Below are positions 27,420 through 38,664 of a stretch of 64,000 nucleotides of DNA, in pieces. Source of the stretch: Takakia lepidozioides (Eukaryota > Plantae > Bryophyta); assembly GCA_030704615.1 (NCBI GenBank), contig CM060731.1, positions 30,814,001 through 30,878,000 on the forward strand, given 5' to 3'. The translations under genes were made by a program, and so were the position numbers. The notes beneath the pieces are model-generated. The model was given only the letters and a program-made list of their open reading frames with translations. It ran no database searches and was not told where the DNA came from. Position 1 is the stretch's first letter. Each line of letters begins with the position of its first letter.

Positions 27420-27810
27420 GGCCATTTCTGGAAAATGGCGCCGAATTTCTCTTTTTGGGGCCGAAAAACTGGATGGCTAAGTCCCAACATGCACTGGTAC
27501 CTGTGTCTGGGAAAATGGCCGCCGAATTTCTTTTTTTGGGCCGAAAAGGGCTAAGTCCCAACATGCATGGTACCTGCTGGGTCTGGGAAAATGGCGCCGA
27601 ATTTCTTTTTTTTGGGCCGAAAACTGGCTAAGTCCCACATGCACTGGTACCGTGTCTGAAAAATGGCGCCGAATTTCCTTTTTTGGGCCGAAAACTGGCT
27701 AATCCCAACATGCACTGGTACAGTGTCTGGAAAAAAATGGCGCCGAATTTCCCTTATTTCGCCGCCAGAAACTGGCTAACGTCGACGAACATGCACTGGA
27801 AAGGGGGCCG
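27420..27810 (+). repeat. ~75-85-bp tandem repeat (5 units), probable subterminal repeats of the Mutator-like element
   Basis: GAAAATGGCGCCGAATTTC..TTTTGGGCCGAAAA..GCTAAGTCCCAACATGCACTGGTACC repeated. Confidence 0.8.
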
Positions 27811-27907
27811 AAATACCTGTCATGAGGGGACCTATAGCCGTGGAATTGGCACTACAAATATGACCAAAGAATAATATGTCAACGGGACGCAAATTCGTGC
27901 AACTCAC

Positions 27908-29386
27908 CTCCCGCATATAGTCGCCAAACTGGAGGAAACGATAATACCACCATGCTAGCCAACTGACCATTGCTCCCTCGTCTGATTTCCTTACAGCACC
28001 TTGACGATGTCCACCAAGCCCGTATACATGCAAATGTGTCTCTGCATCATCCACAAGTGGGAGCGCGCTTCCACGCAAGGCACATGGAACGGTCTCCATC
28101 CTCTTGAAATCTGGCGCCACGAGCTTGGGTGTAATGCGAAAGGCTCTGCAAAAATGGAACCCACAAGATCTCTCCTTGCCTTCCATGGGAACATTGGGGT
28201 CTTACCCATACACACCTTCGGATGGCACCCCAATTGCTTGTGCGTTGTCCGCCGTGAAACCACGGAAAATGGGAGGGGGCAATCCTGCCTTGCCATCTGT
28301 TCGTTTATTCCTGCCAAAGAAAGCATCTCCAATTGTGTGTCCTCTCATTTCATCTCACAAATAGCAATTGTCATTAGCATCCTGCAGTGGGTGTCGTAGA
28401 CATGTGCACCCATTGTCACCCACTTGGTGATTTGTAATTCGCTTGATATGGTCGCAATGACCCACACAACTGTTTGACAAGTCCCACACTCGTCATCCTG
28501 TGGACCAGTTCGACGCCGCTGCCAGGTCCACACGTGGACATTTTGAATACGAAACAACGATATGCCTCAGTCCCTTGTCCTGGAAAACCGACTTCCATGA
28601 ATGTAGTCATATCCACACATCGTCGCTTCACCTCCATAATGGAATGCCTACTCCGAGCCACGCCCAATTTTCTGTTTGCATGACACAATGTGGTTTCGGA
28701 CATTCGGTGAACAGACGTGGGACACCGACCCACGCAATGCCTCCATTTCCTTGTCATCGAGAGGAACTCTGTCGGAGCCGTCTGCCGACGAATTCTGGCC
28801 AACCGCCATCTTGATGGGCGGCTGTGGAGCTGTATCGTTGGGGTTTGGCATCGGGTCTGTAAACTGTAACCTCTCCTAAACGACCGAGCTCTGCCTCGTG
28901 GGCAGCCTCCCGCGAGTGTCCCCCTCGCCAATTGTGACAATGGGATCCAACGTGTATGCAAGCATCGGGTTGACGGTCAGGGAAACGGTGCAACACATAG
29001 CAACTACTTGGCATATACAACGACAATGCAGTGTGGTGGTTCTTTGCAATGCGCACACTTAAATGTGGAGTCGGAACCTTCCCCTTAGCACACAAATGCT
29101 GTTGATGAGTTCGTGCCTTTCCAATCGGTCCGTCCTGTGACCTCTGGATTAAAGTGGAAAGAAAGTGGGAGCAAACACCGCAACGCGCCCGACACAAACA
29201 ACGTAGCGCACCCGCACACACATCAAGCATCTTCATGCTGGTGGTTTTGGTAACGCACCAAGGATGACCGTCATGTTTTCTATCCATATCTGTCAACATT
29301 CCGGATGCCCTCGAGTAGTCCGCCCGAGGAGGGAACTCAAAAGAAGATGGATTACCGTCGACATCGGCGGGTGGCATGTAACCCAT
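27908..29386 (-). pseudogene. N-terminal half of the same Mutator-like transposase (Cys/His-rich GCM-like domain plus first two catalytic Asp regions)
   Basis: DVDGN..FEFPP..MDRKHDGHPWCVTKTT, FVFKMSTCGPGSGVELV, WVTMGAHVYD..MTIAICEM, GFTADNAQA.WGAIR, ERSCGFHF (CxxH), WLAWWYYRFLQFGDYMRE. Ends at a GTGAGT donor. Confidence 0.7.
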
Positions 29387-29639
29387 TTAATTGCGAACTT
29401 GTTGTAGTCCGCCCGCGCCTCCGACCGGTGTCCCACCATGTGAAGCCCTCGCAATAATTTCAAGAATAGATCGAAGTGCGGTGCTCGTGCTGGGAATATG
29501 GACTCCCTCCTCCACTGACGTCCATTGAGGACTTGCCTGATCTCCCGGACGACCTCGGAACTTCCTAGTGACCTCGTCTAGTGAGTCGGACAGGTGTGAA
29601 CAACCCGGTTCTCGCTCGTCTGCAGGATGGGTTCGGCTC

Positions 29640-30520
29640 TGGATTTACTTCGTTGCGGACTTCTCTCTTATCAACGTGTACACCCAGGAGGTTGTACATC
29701 CACACACGCACAGGAGCAGCCGTCCAAAATCTTGTGGTCAGCCGGAGGATCCAGGCCACAGCAGCATACGATGGCCACCTCACGGCTAGGCTTGAAAGCG
29801 GCTCTTACCATACACTATGAGGAACTTGTCGAAGTAGAGGAGCATAACTTTCCCAGACATGTTTGGCGAGATTTGAAAGAGTTAGTTTTCTTGCTTTGAT
29901 TGTTGTTTCATGTCCTCTGGTTCATGGAGCTCATGACAACAAAAGTCGAGCGGCAGCGGACGTACTGGGCGCCGAGCAGAAAGGATTGGTAGGGGGACGA
30001 CTGTTTCCCGTGCCCCAGCATGCTAAAGTCGTAAAGATTGAGAAGGGAAGTATTGTGGGCAGGAAGATAATGCTGGGGTGCACGCAAGGGACACTCATCT
30101 CCATGACCTTCTCCACCTAGAGCTAACAAATTTTAGTGGAACACGCGGGTCGCTGGATCGTCCACCATGATTCATAAATCCATTTTTGAGCCGCTACCAA
30201 TGGATGCTTCATGGGTTGGGATCCTGACGCTTTTAAGGCCAATAAACACTCGACGGTGTGGTGCGAAGGTCACCGCAGGAGCTTCATGATAAGTTGTCCC
30301 AGGATCCGTCAGTTCTCTATGCAGGATCCGAATGCAACGCACGACTATTTTTCTTCTTTGGGTCATCTGTAACGCCCAGGAAATGCATAGCCAGAATCCA
30401 CTCCGCTTCCATTGTACAGCCTGTATTCGACTGGCCCACCCAATAGCCCTTCTGGCTTCTGCTTATGGAAAAACTCCAGTCAATTGCATCGTTGATGACC
30501 TGATCAAGCGGTTTGCATCC
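29640..30520 (-). pseudogene. shc: Squalene-hopene cyclase N-terminal fragment (~280 codons, frameshifted, no DXDD motif seen)
   Basis: Collinear SHC motifs: LDQVINDAIDW..GYWVG..CTMEAEWILAMHFLGVTDDPK, YHEAPA, TRVF..LAL, IIFLP..LNLYDF/ACW, DKFL..Y..REVAI..AVAWILR, WMYNLLG. Confidence 0.8.
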
Positions 30521-31590
30521 ATGGACTCGAATGCTCCCATACACCCACTTACGTGCAGTAAGCAGTTCACATTCACAAAAAGTGCTAGAGTTTAAGCTGC
30601 AAGGATGGAGACCGACGGTTTGGAACGGCGGAGCCGAGCTACGCTTGGATTAGACGGGCGATTCAGGAGCAAGGGCTTTCTCCCCGTAAACTGGAATGGG
30701 CAGGGACCCGAAAGCTCCAGCCAAAAGTCAAGTGCTTCCCGCTGGTAATCCTCCTCAGTGATTTATCTTTAGCCACCAAGGCCTCGAACAGACTGTGAGT
30801 GCCCCCTCGCCTGTACATGGCGTCCATAAACATGTCTTTCCTCCCCCTCTCTGGTGCGCAAGCCTGCAAGCAATCACGGAATCACTCTCTTTCAAACAAG
30901 ACACTACTGAGTGCCACAGTTCCCTCCCTCTCTCTCACTCTCACTCTCGGTATGCAGAAGATTGGAGCAAGGTGTGAATTATAGGGCACGTGGCCAGGGA
31001 ACACCTAGGAAACCATATAGAACGTAGGGAACCGGGAACCAGGTTACCAGATAGTGGGGGTTGTAACTTTAAAATTTTAAATTGAAACCTTAAATAAATA
31101 ATATATATATATATATATTATATTAAAAACAGGGCATTTGATCTAATTTAAATGATTTAAAGCCAAATTGGTCATATCTTTGTCAAATGGACTCTATTTG
31201 ACCCAAGTTTTGAGGGGATAGCTGCAGAAAGGGGAAAATCTACCAATCTAGACCTGGTTTGTTTTTAGGACTTGACTAAAAATCTATGGAATTTTTAGAG
31301 TGTGAGCTGTGCCATGAAAGATCCACAATTCTGTTCTAGAACCTATGCTGGTTATATGAGAGACAAATCTATGGATGTACTCCTTGTATGCTGGGGAAAT
31401 GAAGGACGTAATGAAGGGCAGGTCTCTTCTCTTAGCCTGTGTCACAAGGGGACAGGATTATGTTTTCCCAAGGAACTCAGACTGATTTGAGTGCGGAACA
31501 GTTGACGAGTTGATTGCATACTGGGAGTCAGGCATTAGTAGTGGACAACAAACTGCTGTAGTTGGCGTGAGGGCCTCAATATCGCCTTGG

Positions 31591-32090
31591 NNNNNNNNNN
31601 NNNNNNNNNNNNNNNNNNNNNNNNNNNNNNNNNNNNNNNNNNNNNNNNNNNNNNNNNNNNNNNNNNNNNNNNNNNNNNNNNNNNNNNNNNNNNNNNNNNN
31701 NNNNNNNNNNNNNNNNNNNNNNNNNNNNNNNNNNNNNNNNNNNNNNNNNNNNNNNNNNNNNNNNNNNNNNNNNNNNNNNNNNNNNNNNNNNNNNNNNNNN
31801 NNNNNNNNNNNNNNNNNNNNNNNNNNNNNNNNNNNNNNNNNNNNNNNNNNNNNNNNNNNNNNNNNNNNNNNNNNNNNNNNNNNNNNNNNNNNNNNNNNNN
31901 NNNNNNNNNNNNNNNNNNNNNNNNNNNNNNNNNNNNNNNNNNNNNNNNNNNNNNNNNNNNNNNNNNNNNNNNNNNNNNNNNNNNNNNNNNNNNNNNNNNN
32001 NNNNNNNNNNNNNNNNNNNNNNNNNNNNNNNNNNNNNNNNNNNNNNNNNNNNNNNNNNNNNNNNNNNNNNNNNNNNNNNNNNNNNNNNNN
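31591..32090. other. Assembly gap (500 N)
   Basis: Run of N. Confidence 1.
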
Positions 32091-32872
32091 TTTTCATGAC
32101 TTTGACCATGACTGCACCATGTTTTATATGAAATTGACCTCCCGCAGTCGTTCATACGATGTAGTCATATGAACGACTATCTAAATAGTCGTGTCTGACT
32201 ACATGGCTCGGAGAATGGGCGGAAGGCTGGTCAAACGGCAATTGACCAGATTTAGCTCACCATTCATAGTCATTTCCATGACTACAGTGTACATGGATGA
32301 GGTTACCTAGTCATGATGACTACTGGGGATTTTGTAATTTGGTGTGTATAATACAATTAAAACACCATATGATCATATGAATGACTAATGGGTGTATGGT
32401 TAACAGGTAGTGAACTATAACTCTTATAATAAAGAGGTTGCAGGTTCAAACTCCTCTAAGTACAATCAAATGGATAAGATGGCCCTAGGGTTAGTAGGCG
32501 AGCTAGGGATAGCACGTGGTACCCTAGATGGACTGCCACGTGGTTTTTTCATTATTATAAAATACATTATGACACGTGGCACAATGCGGTGCGACGCGGC
32601 GTTTGACATATGTTTTATTTTTTAAACTTAAATTTTTTTTAATCAATTACGCCTCGTTACGTGGCGCGGCAGCGGCGGCTGCAGTATGGTATATATGACT
32701 GCAGTGAGAGATATCACTTGGTTCATATGACTGTAGTCATCCGGACCGTACCATCCTGTACACATTGTATTGACTTGGTTTGCACGACTTACAGTCATAG
32801 AAGTCATATGTACCGTTTATGACTGCAGAATAGTCATATATACAGTCATAAATATCGCGATCTGTTGTTGTG
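32091..32872. mobile_element. Right end of a CACTA element (ATGACT/AGTCAT subterminal repeat family)
   Basis: Dense ATGACT(AC)/AGTCAT repeats ending in AGTCATAAATATCGCGATCTGTTGTTGTG, similar to the TIR at 41422-41450. Confidence 0.6.
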
Positions 32873-32929
32873 ATTTTGCCTTCTCATCATTAGGGTTGGG
32901 GTTTGCTAGAAGAAGGTCACGCCATCAGT

Positions 32930-33665
32930 CAGCTACTAGCAGCAAGGCTGAGATGTATTCATGATTTTCTACACAGGCAGGAATAGCTGAAGGACTAGGG
33001 ACAGAGGTCTAGATTCATCCAAGAGGATCGGGTTTCAAACATAAGATTACTTCTGATTCCCTGTGGATCAATAGCTACAAGAAATCTGCATGGGTAGATG
33101 GTCAACTGGAAAGAAGTGGGGGCAGCAAATTGATAGAAACAAGGCACTGCTAATGAAGGCACCTTCAACCATTTCAGCCTATTTCCCTGTTATCAAGTCG
33201 TCCTTAAATTTTCATGTTGAATTCTGCACAACTTACTAGCAGTTGAGTGAACAATTTATAATTTGGAGTGACGGAATGATACGGCCAATGTGACAACAGG
33301 AAAGTATCCAGATCCATGGTAACAGAGGACGAGAGAGCTGTCATCAATGGTGGGACAATCGAGGCAAAAAGGTGAATGCCTATGGGATTACAGAGAATAG
33401 CAGATGCAATTGAGCATAGGAACTAGTGTGGTAAGCTGAGTTGGGTGTTTCCTAGAACAAATCTAGGCTGTCATTGTTAGCCTGCTAGCAGCAAGGCAAG
33501 GATGAATGCACTATTTGTGGAGAGGCAGGATAGCTGAAGGTGCAGGGATAGAGTGTGGTGGTCTAGATTCATCCAAGAGGGCCAGATTTCAAGCTAAAGA
33601 TTACCTATGATTCCTGTGGATCAAATAGCCACAAGAAACCTACATGGGTAGATGGTCAACTAAAG
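32930..33665 (+). repeat. Diverged direct repeat, ~550-bp period
   Basis: ATAGCTGAAGG..GGTCTAGATTCATCCAAGAGG..GTGGATCAA..CATGGGTAGATGGTCAACT at ~32983-33108 and ~33529-33661. Confidence 0.7.
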
Positions 33666-33699
33666 GCAGCAGCTGCAGCGGCACAGTTGGTAAATCAGG

Positions 33700-36600
33700 C
33701 ACCTCAACCATGACCACAACTTCTGAAAGAGGATCAAGAGAGGGAGTCCACAATGATCCTGCAATCACATACCACACGTTCATGTCAGCAAGAGGATGCC
33801 AAAGAATCTGGCGCATGGGCACAGGAATTCAAACTAATGCAGAAAGAGGCCATTCAGTATGACGGGGGGGAGGAGCGACGAAGGCTCGGCATAGACGCAT
33901 TGTTGTCTTGTGTTTGTGACCGATTTCCCATCTTTGCCCTGCAGTCGTTTGTATCTTCGATTGCATGAGGTGGAGACGGAAGCAACAAGTCAACAACGTG
34001 CATGTCATCGTTGAAGCGGATGGGGCGCCATGAATTGTTGTCCTCGACAACACTGCTTGATCATGCTCCCTTAGTGCCCACTTCACTTCCACAGGCACTA
34101 CTCAATTTTGGCCAAGGGAGAGCTCTGGGTGACGGACCAAGGAGGGCGTTCCTTGCACCAAAAAGCAAATGAATGGTTCACATAATGCACATGGGGTTTG
34201 AGGACCTCATTCCTGTGCCTGCAGGCACATAGCAGACCGTGTGTCAGAAGGGAGTAAGGTCATCAAGGGGGGCAGGGCTGATAATACATGCCTGGCTTGA
34301 ATGCAATTCCATTTCCATTTGCGTAAGTGCACCTGGTTCAATGGCATGAATGCCCAGTAGAGTAAGGTCTGTTGTGAAGGACTCATGAATCTGAAGCGCA
34401 CCGTCATCTCCATGGTGGGGCTCCTCCCCATGGCAATGAATGTCTTGCACAGCAACCTTCCCTTCCACTCCATGTGTAGGCTCGGCGTTTTGCAAGAGCT
34501 CTGTGGGTGACCCAAAAGTAGGTGTAGTAGGCGCGACTGGAAGGGGCTGGTTGTGAGCTCGCTGCAGGACAACACAATGTAGTTGATCAGAAGGCAAAGC
34601 ATGAGGGGGTGTTGTCACTTCACCTTTGTGAATATCATCACCTGTCAATCGGTGATTATCCAGGTTGCATCTGCTATCCCCCAGGCGTTGCACCAGCACA
34701 AATTGCTTCTGGTAGGCTGTGTGCAATGATGCATGGTCGATATCACCTACAAAACGAGAAAACGGTTGCATGAGTATAAGGGCACCAAAAACAATGCAGA
34801 CATATGGAAGGCAAGTGCATTCAGGGAAATCATGGAAACATTATCACCTTCCGTGCTAGAAATCCAGCCCATGTCAATGTCCTCACGATGTTTGAGGAAA
34901 TCCTGGAAGGTTTAAATTGCTTCCTGTCTCTCAGAATGGCTGCTTGCATCAGTACACCACAATGTGTCAAAAAACTTTGGCTTGCACATGGCCAGATCCC
35001 CAAAGCACAAAAAACGAGCCAGCCATTCATGAGTCAGTCATCTCCTTCTCTCTGAAACTCGCATCGCTATGTAATAAATCCCCCACGCTTCTGTTTGTCT
35101 CATGCATGAGATTGTCTAGCAGGTCTGCAAAGAAAAAACGGCCAACAGTGCGGAAATTGGCCGCCGCATGTCTCAGCATGGCATTGCCCTCTTCGGTTCC
35201 AACAAGTTGAACCAGCACGTCGTGCAACAATGGGTTTGCAGGGGATGAAACCGCCTCAGTACTACTAGGATATGACATCCAGATGGTCCGCAACACCTGC
35301 AAAATTACGCGGCATTTCACAGGTGTCCCTGCCTTGCGGTAATTTGCAAACACACCCCGTAGGAGAGTAGATTCCTCGTGCGAGTGCATCATGAAAGTGG
35401 GAAGGGAAGCAGGCACAACACCGGCATGAACAATTGTTTAAACAGGGGACCAACCCCACTTACGCTCTTCATTTTCACGATGGAAATTGGCATCCCTAGC
35501 TGGTCTTCGACGTACTTGTTTGATGACCTGCAACTTTGCCTGTCTTGCAATTTCTTTCGTTTCACAGGCGTCAACGGCAATCATGTACTTATGGTAGTCT
35601 ATAATGGTTGTGCACTCCTTGTAGACAGCTGCATAATCGTAGGGAACGCCAGGCTTCTTTGCCCATAGCGCCATGGTTTTCAAGACAACATTCTTCTCGT
35701 CCTGTGGTGCTTCATGCTGGTTCACATGGCAATTTGCATGTTCAGGTCAAGTACTTTCATACAGAAAACCTTTTCAGAGATGCGCTTGGGTTGCAAACCA
35801 TGAACATGAGGATGTACAAGGAAAAATGCAGCTGCAAAATGAAAATGATTGCATGAACAGATGTCGTATGAACTCACTTGTCTATTGATCCACCACCGGC
35901 CATAAGCTGCACCCAAGAGACGTGCAACAAAGTCCTCGGCATCAACGAGCTGCCGGAGGGACTGTTGAAAGTGAGCATCTTCTAAGCTTGGGAAGTCTTG
36001 AGGAAGTAATTCGTGCTACAGTAGGGTGCAAAGGCCAGGACAATTTTGAACATGTGGAGGTTTTTTGGGAACTTCAATGGATGATGACAAACTTTTGGAC
36101 TTGTTCGTAAAGTAAGAAATTGCCTCCTCCCTGGAGCGAGGAAGTGGAGGGTCTTGAGGTCGTGGCACAAAGCTGCCTTTGTTGTCTGCCAACGAGTGCG
36201 ATGCATGCACCTTTGTTGTCCTCAAACACTATTTCTTGGAGTTGTCAGGAGGAAGAATACCTGAAGTGAAATTTTTCTCATGCCCGGGATGATGGGAGGA
36301 AGGGCCCTTAGAAGAGCTCAGCTGAACCCTACGTTTTGGGGCTTCATCGAATGCCTCCACGTCGGAGTCATACGAATTAGCTATTGTTGCCTGTGTATGA
36401 ACGCTGCAGTCCCCCTCAGAATCTATCAAGACCACCCGCACTTGCGACCTGTTCTTTCTTGATGATTTTCTTAGATGATCACCCATTTCTTGGGACAGTG
36501 GTTCACCAGATGCTGGCTTTTTCTTGTGTGTGGTTTTCCGAGGCGACATCAAGTTGTGGCGCCTGAGCACATCCTCCATAATACCGCTCTGGCAGGGTTC

Positions 36601-36915
36601 AAAAACAAGATACATTTTGAGGGCACCTTCATCTTGCCCATGTTTCATACAACCATCTATCTTGTGCAAGTTCAGTTTTTTTTTATCCCCAAAAAGTAAA
36701 CGACAGTATATGCATCTGTATTGTCGTCTGTTAGACGCACCAGGTTCATGCACCCTTGCCTTGGAGTAGGACTCGCATATGAGGTCCTCGTATTCATCAG
36801 TGTCGTATGTCTCGCGGTATTCCCTCCGGTTATCTATCATTTTGCTCTCCTTCATCGTGATTGCTGCATCTGCCAACATTTGCAGCACCGTGGAAACTTG
36901 TCCAGGAAATGCCAA
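33700..36915 (-). pseudogene. Degenerate gene of unknown family with a C2H2/C2HC-like zinc finger near its N-terminus
   Basis: Chain of minus-strand ORFs (228, 95, 129, 175 aa). YRCIYCRLLFGDKKKLNLHKIDGC in 36229-36915. Confidence 0.4.
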
Positions 36916-38167
36916 TCCGACATCCTAAGCAAGGTATAAATCATGCAAAGGCCAATTGCATCCATGGAAAATGAACACAAAAAAGAAACCTCACACAATG
37001 GTATGCATGTCACTAATGGTAAACCCTAAACCCTAAAACACCATGAATGGACTGCAGCTAATATGACATATGTGTAGATGGAGAGTGAAAATGCGTGGAA
37101 AGAAGGAAACAGTGTGATAGCTCGTATGTGCACGTCCCTAGAGGGAGGCTGTGAATTAAAGTGATGCCTTCACCTCCAATTCTTGTGGTACAACATATCA
37201 AGTTGCAAAGTGGGCAGATTTATGCCTTACCAGTCTCCCCACACTAGTACAGATTATCGTTTTTATGACTGCAAATATCACTACATTTGCAGTGATAAGT
37301 GCGATTATGACTACATCACTCTGCAGTGACAAACACAAAGTCAGTTCTACCATCACTGCGGAGTGATAAGTGCGAAGTGATGGTCGTCACTGCAGACGTG
37401 GCACTTGTCAACGACTCAAAGTGACGTGGGGTGTAGTGTTGTAGTCATAACTATACGACTACAAGGCTACGTGTCATGACTACACTTATGACTATGTCAC
37501 TACAGATGAGCGCCAACATGGAGAGGTCTCTCCATGACACGCATGACCCCCCGGATGTATATGACTACACGACTGTACCTTATGACTACACTTATGACTA
37601 TATCACTACTCACTACATCATTGAGGGTAGCATGTGGTATATTTCATGACTACAAATATGACTCCATCATTATAGGTTTGTACTGGTTCTGGTAGGTCAT
37701 CTAACACGTGTCCTTATTCGATTAGTTTATAAAACCATTAATGCTATTTTATTTATTAATTTCATGTAAATTTTATTTATCGTTTTGATATTCAGATATG
37801 TTTCAATATACAGAGCAATATATTTAATTGAATGAAAGAAATTTCACACAAATACACAGATTGTTGAATGTCGATCATACAACAAAAAACCAATGGGAAA
37901 AATGTTCCCATGGATGCCGCAAAGGCTCTACAATGAGCATTCAAGAAGCTTGAAAGGCCCCACATGGATAAATAACCAAGCCTCAAAGGCTACAAGTCCC
38001 AAAACCCAAGCCCACACCAGGGCAGCAGTCCACTAGTACTCCTACAATTGAAGAGCTCTATTTACAAATCACCATTGTGGCATATTTTCAACTACATTGC
38101 ATCACATAGTCCCACCATTGACTGGGATCAGAAAAGTAATCATTCCACAACTTCTTGTCATTTGCCC

Positions 38168-38660
38168 CTAGGTCTCCAAAGCCTCCATCCCACGCCCTTG
38201 CTGTACATATCCTGCAATCATCACACTCCACAACACCACATGTCGTTCAGCCATACTGTCGAACACTCCCTTTGCATCCTCAATGCACCCACATTTGGCA
38301 TACATATCCACCAGGGTAGTGTTCAGAATGACAGGTGCAATTCCAGATTTGATGATGCCACCATGCATCTCTTTGTCCTTTTCCAGGGCTGCCAGGCTTG
38401 CACGAGCATTGCAAATACACAACCGTGATCTGGTTACACTTCACCCCTTCCCCCATCATTTGCTCATAGATCTCCAAGGCCTCCATCTCGCGCCCTTGCT
38501 GTGCATATCCTGCATAGCATGGCATTCCATGACACCATATCTTGTTCAGCCATACTATCGAACACTCCCTTTGCATCCTCGATGCACCCACATTTTGCAT
38601 ACATGTCCACCAGCCTCCAGGGTATTGTTCATAATGACATCGGGTACAATCCAGCTCTGG
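38168..38660 (-). pseudogene. PLS-class PPR repeat fragment (downstream block)
   Basis: [77 protein letters not shown] (L-S-P triplet), frameshifted. Confidence 0.85.
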
Positions 38661-38664
38661 CAAT

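Noticed and set aside
27420-27810. CRISPR-like periodic repeat
   Set aside because: Units are contiguous tandem copies without unique spacers, the context is eukaryotic, and there are no cas genes.
31510-32172. ORFs of 170-220 aa in the ORF track
   Set aside because: Artefacts of translating the 500-N gap.
32388-32455. tRNA gene (A/B-box-like motifs)
   Set aside because: No cloverleaf could be formed; it lies inside CACTA subterminal sequence.
37020-37040. Telomere-like AAACCCT repeats (also ~22060, ~55437)
   Set aside because: Only 2-3 units; common telo-box-like motifs, not an interstitial telomere array.
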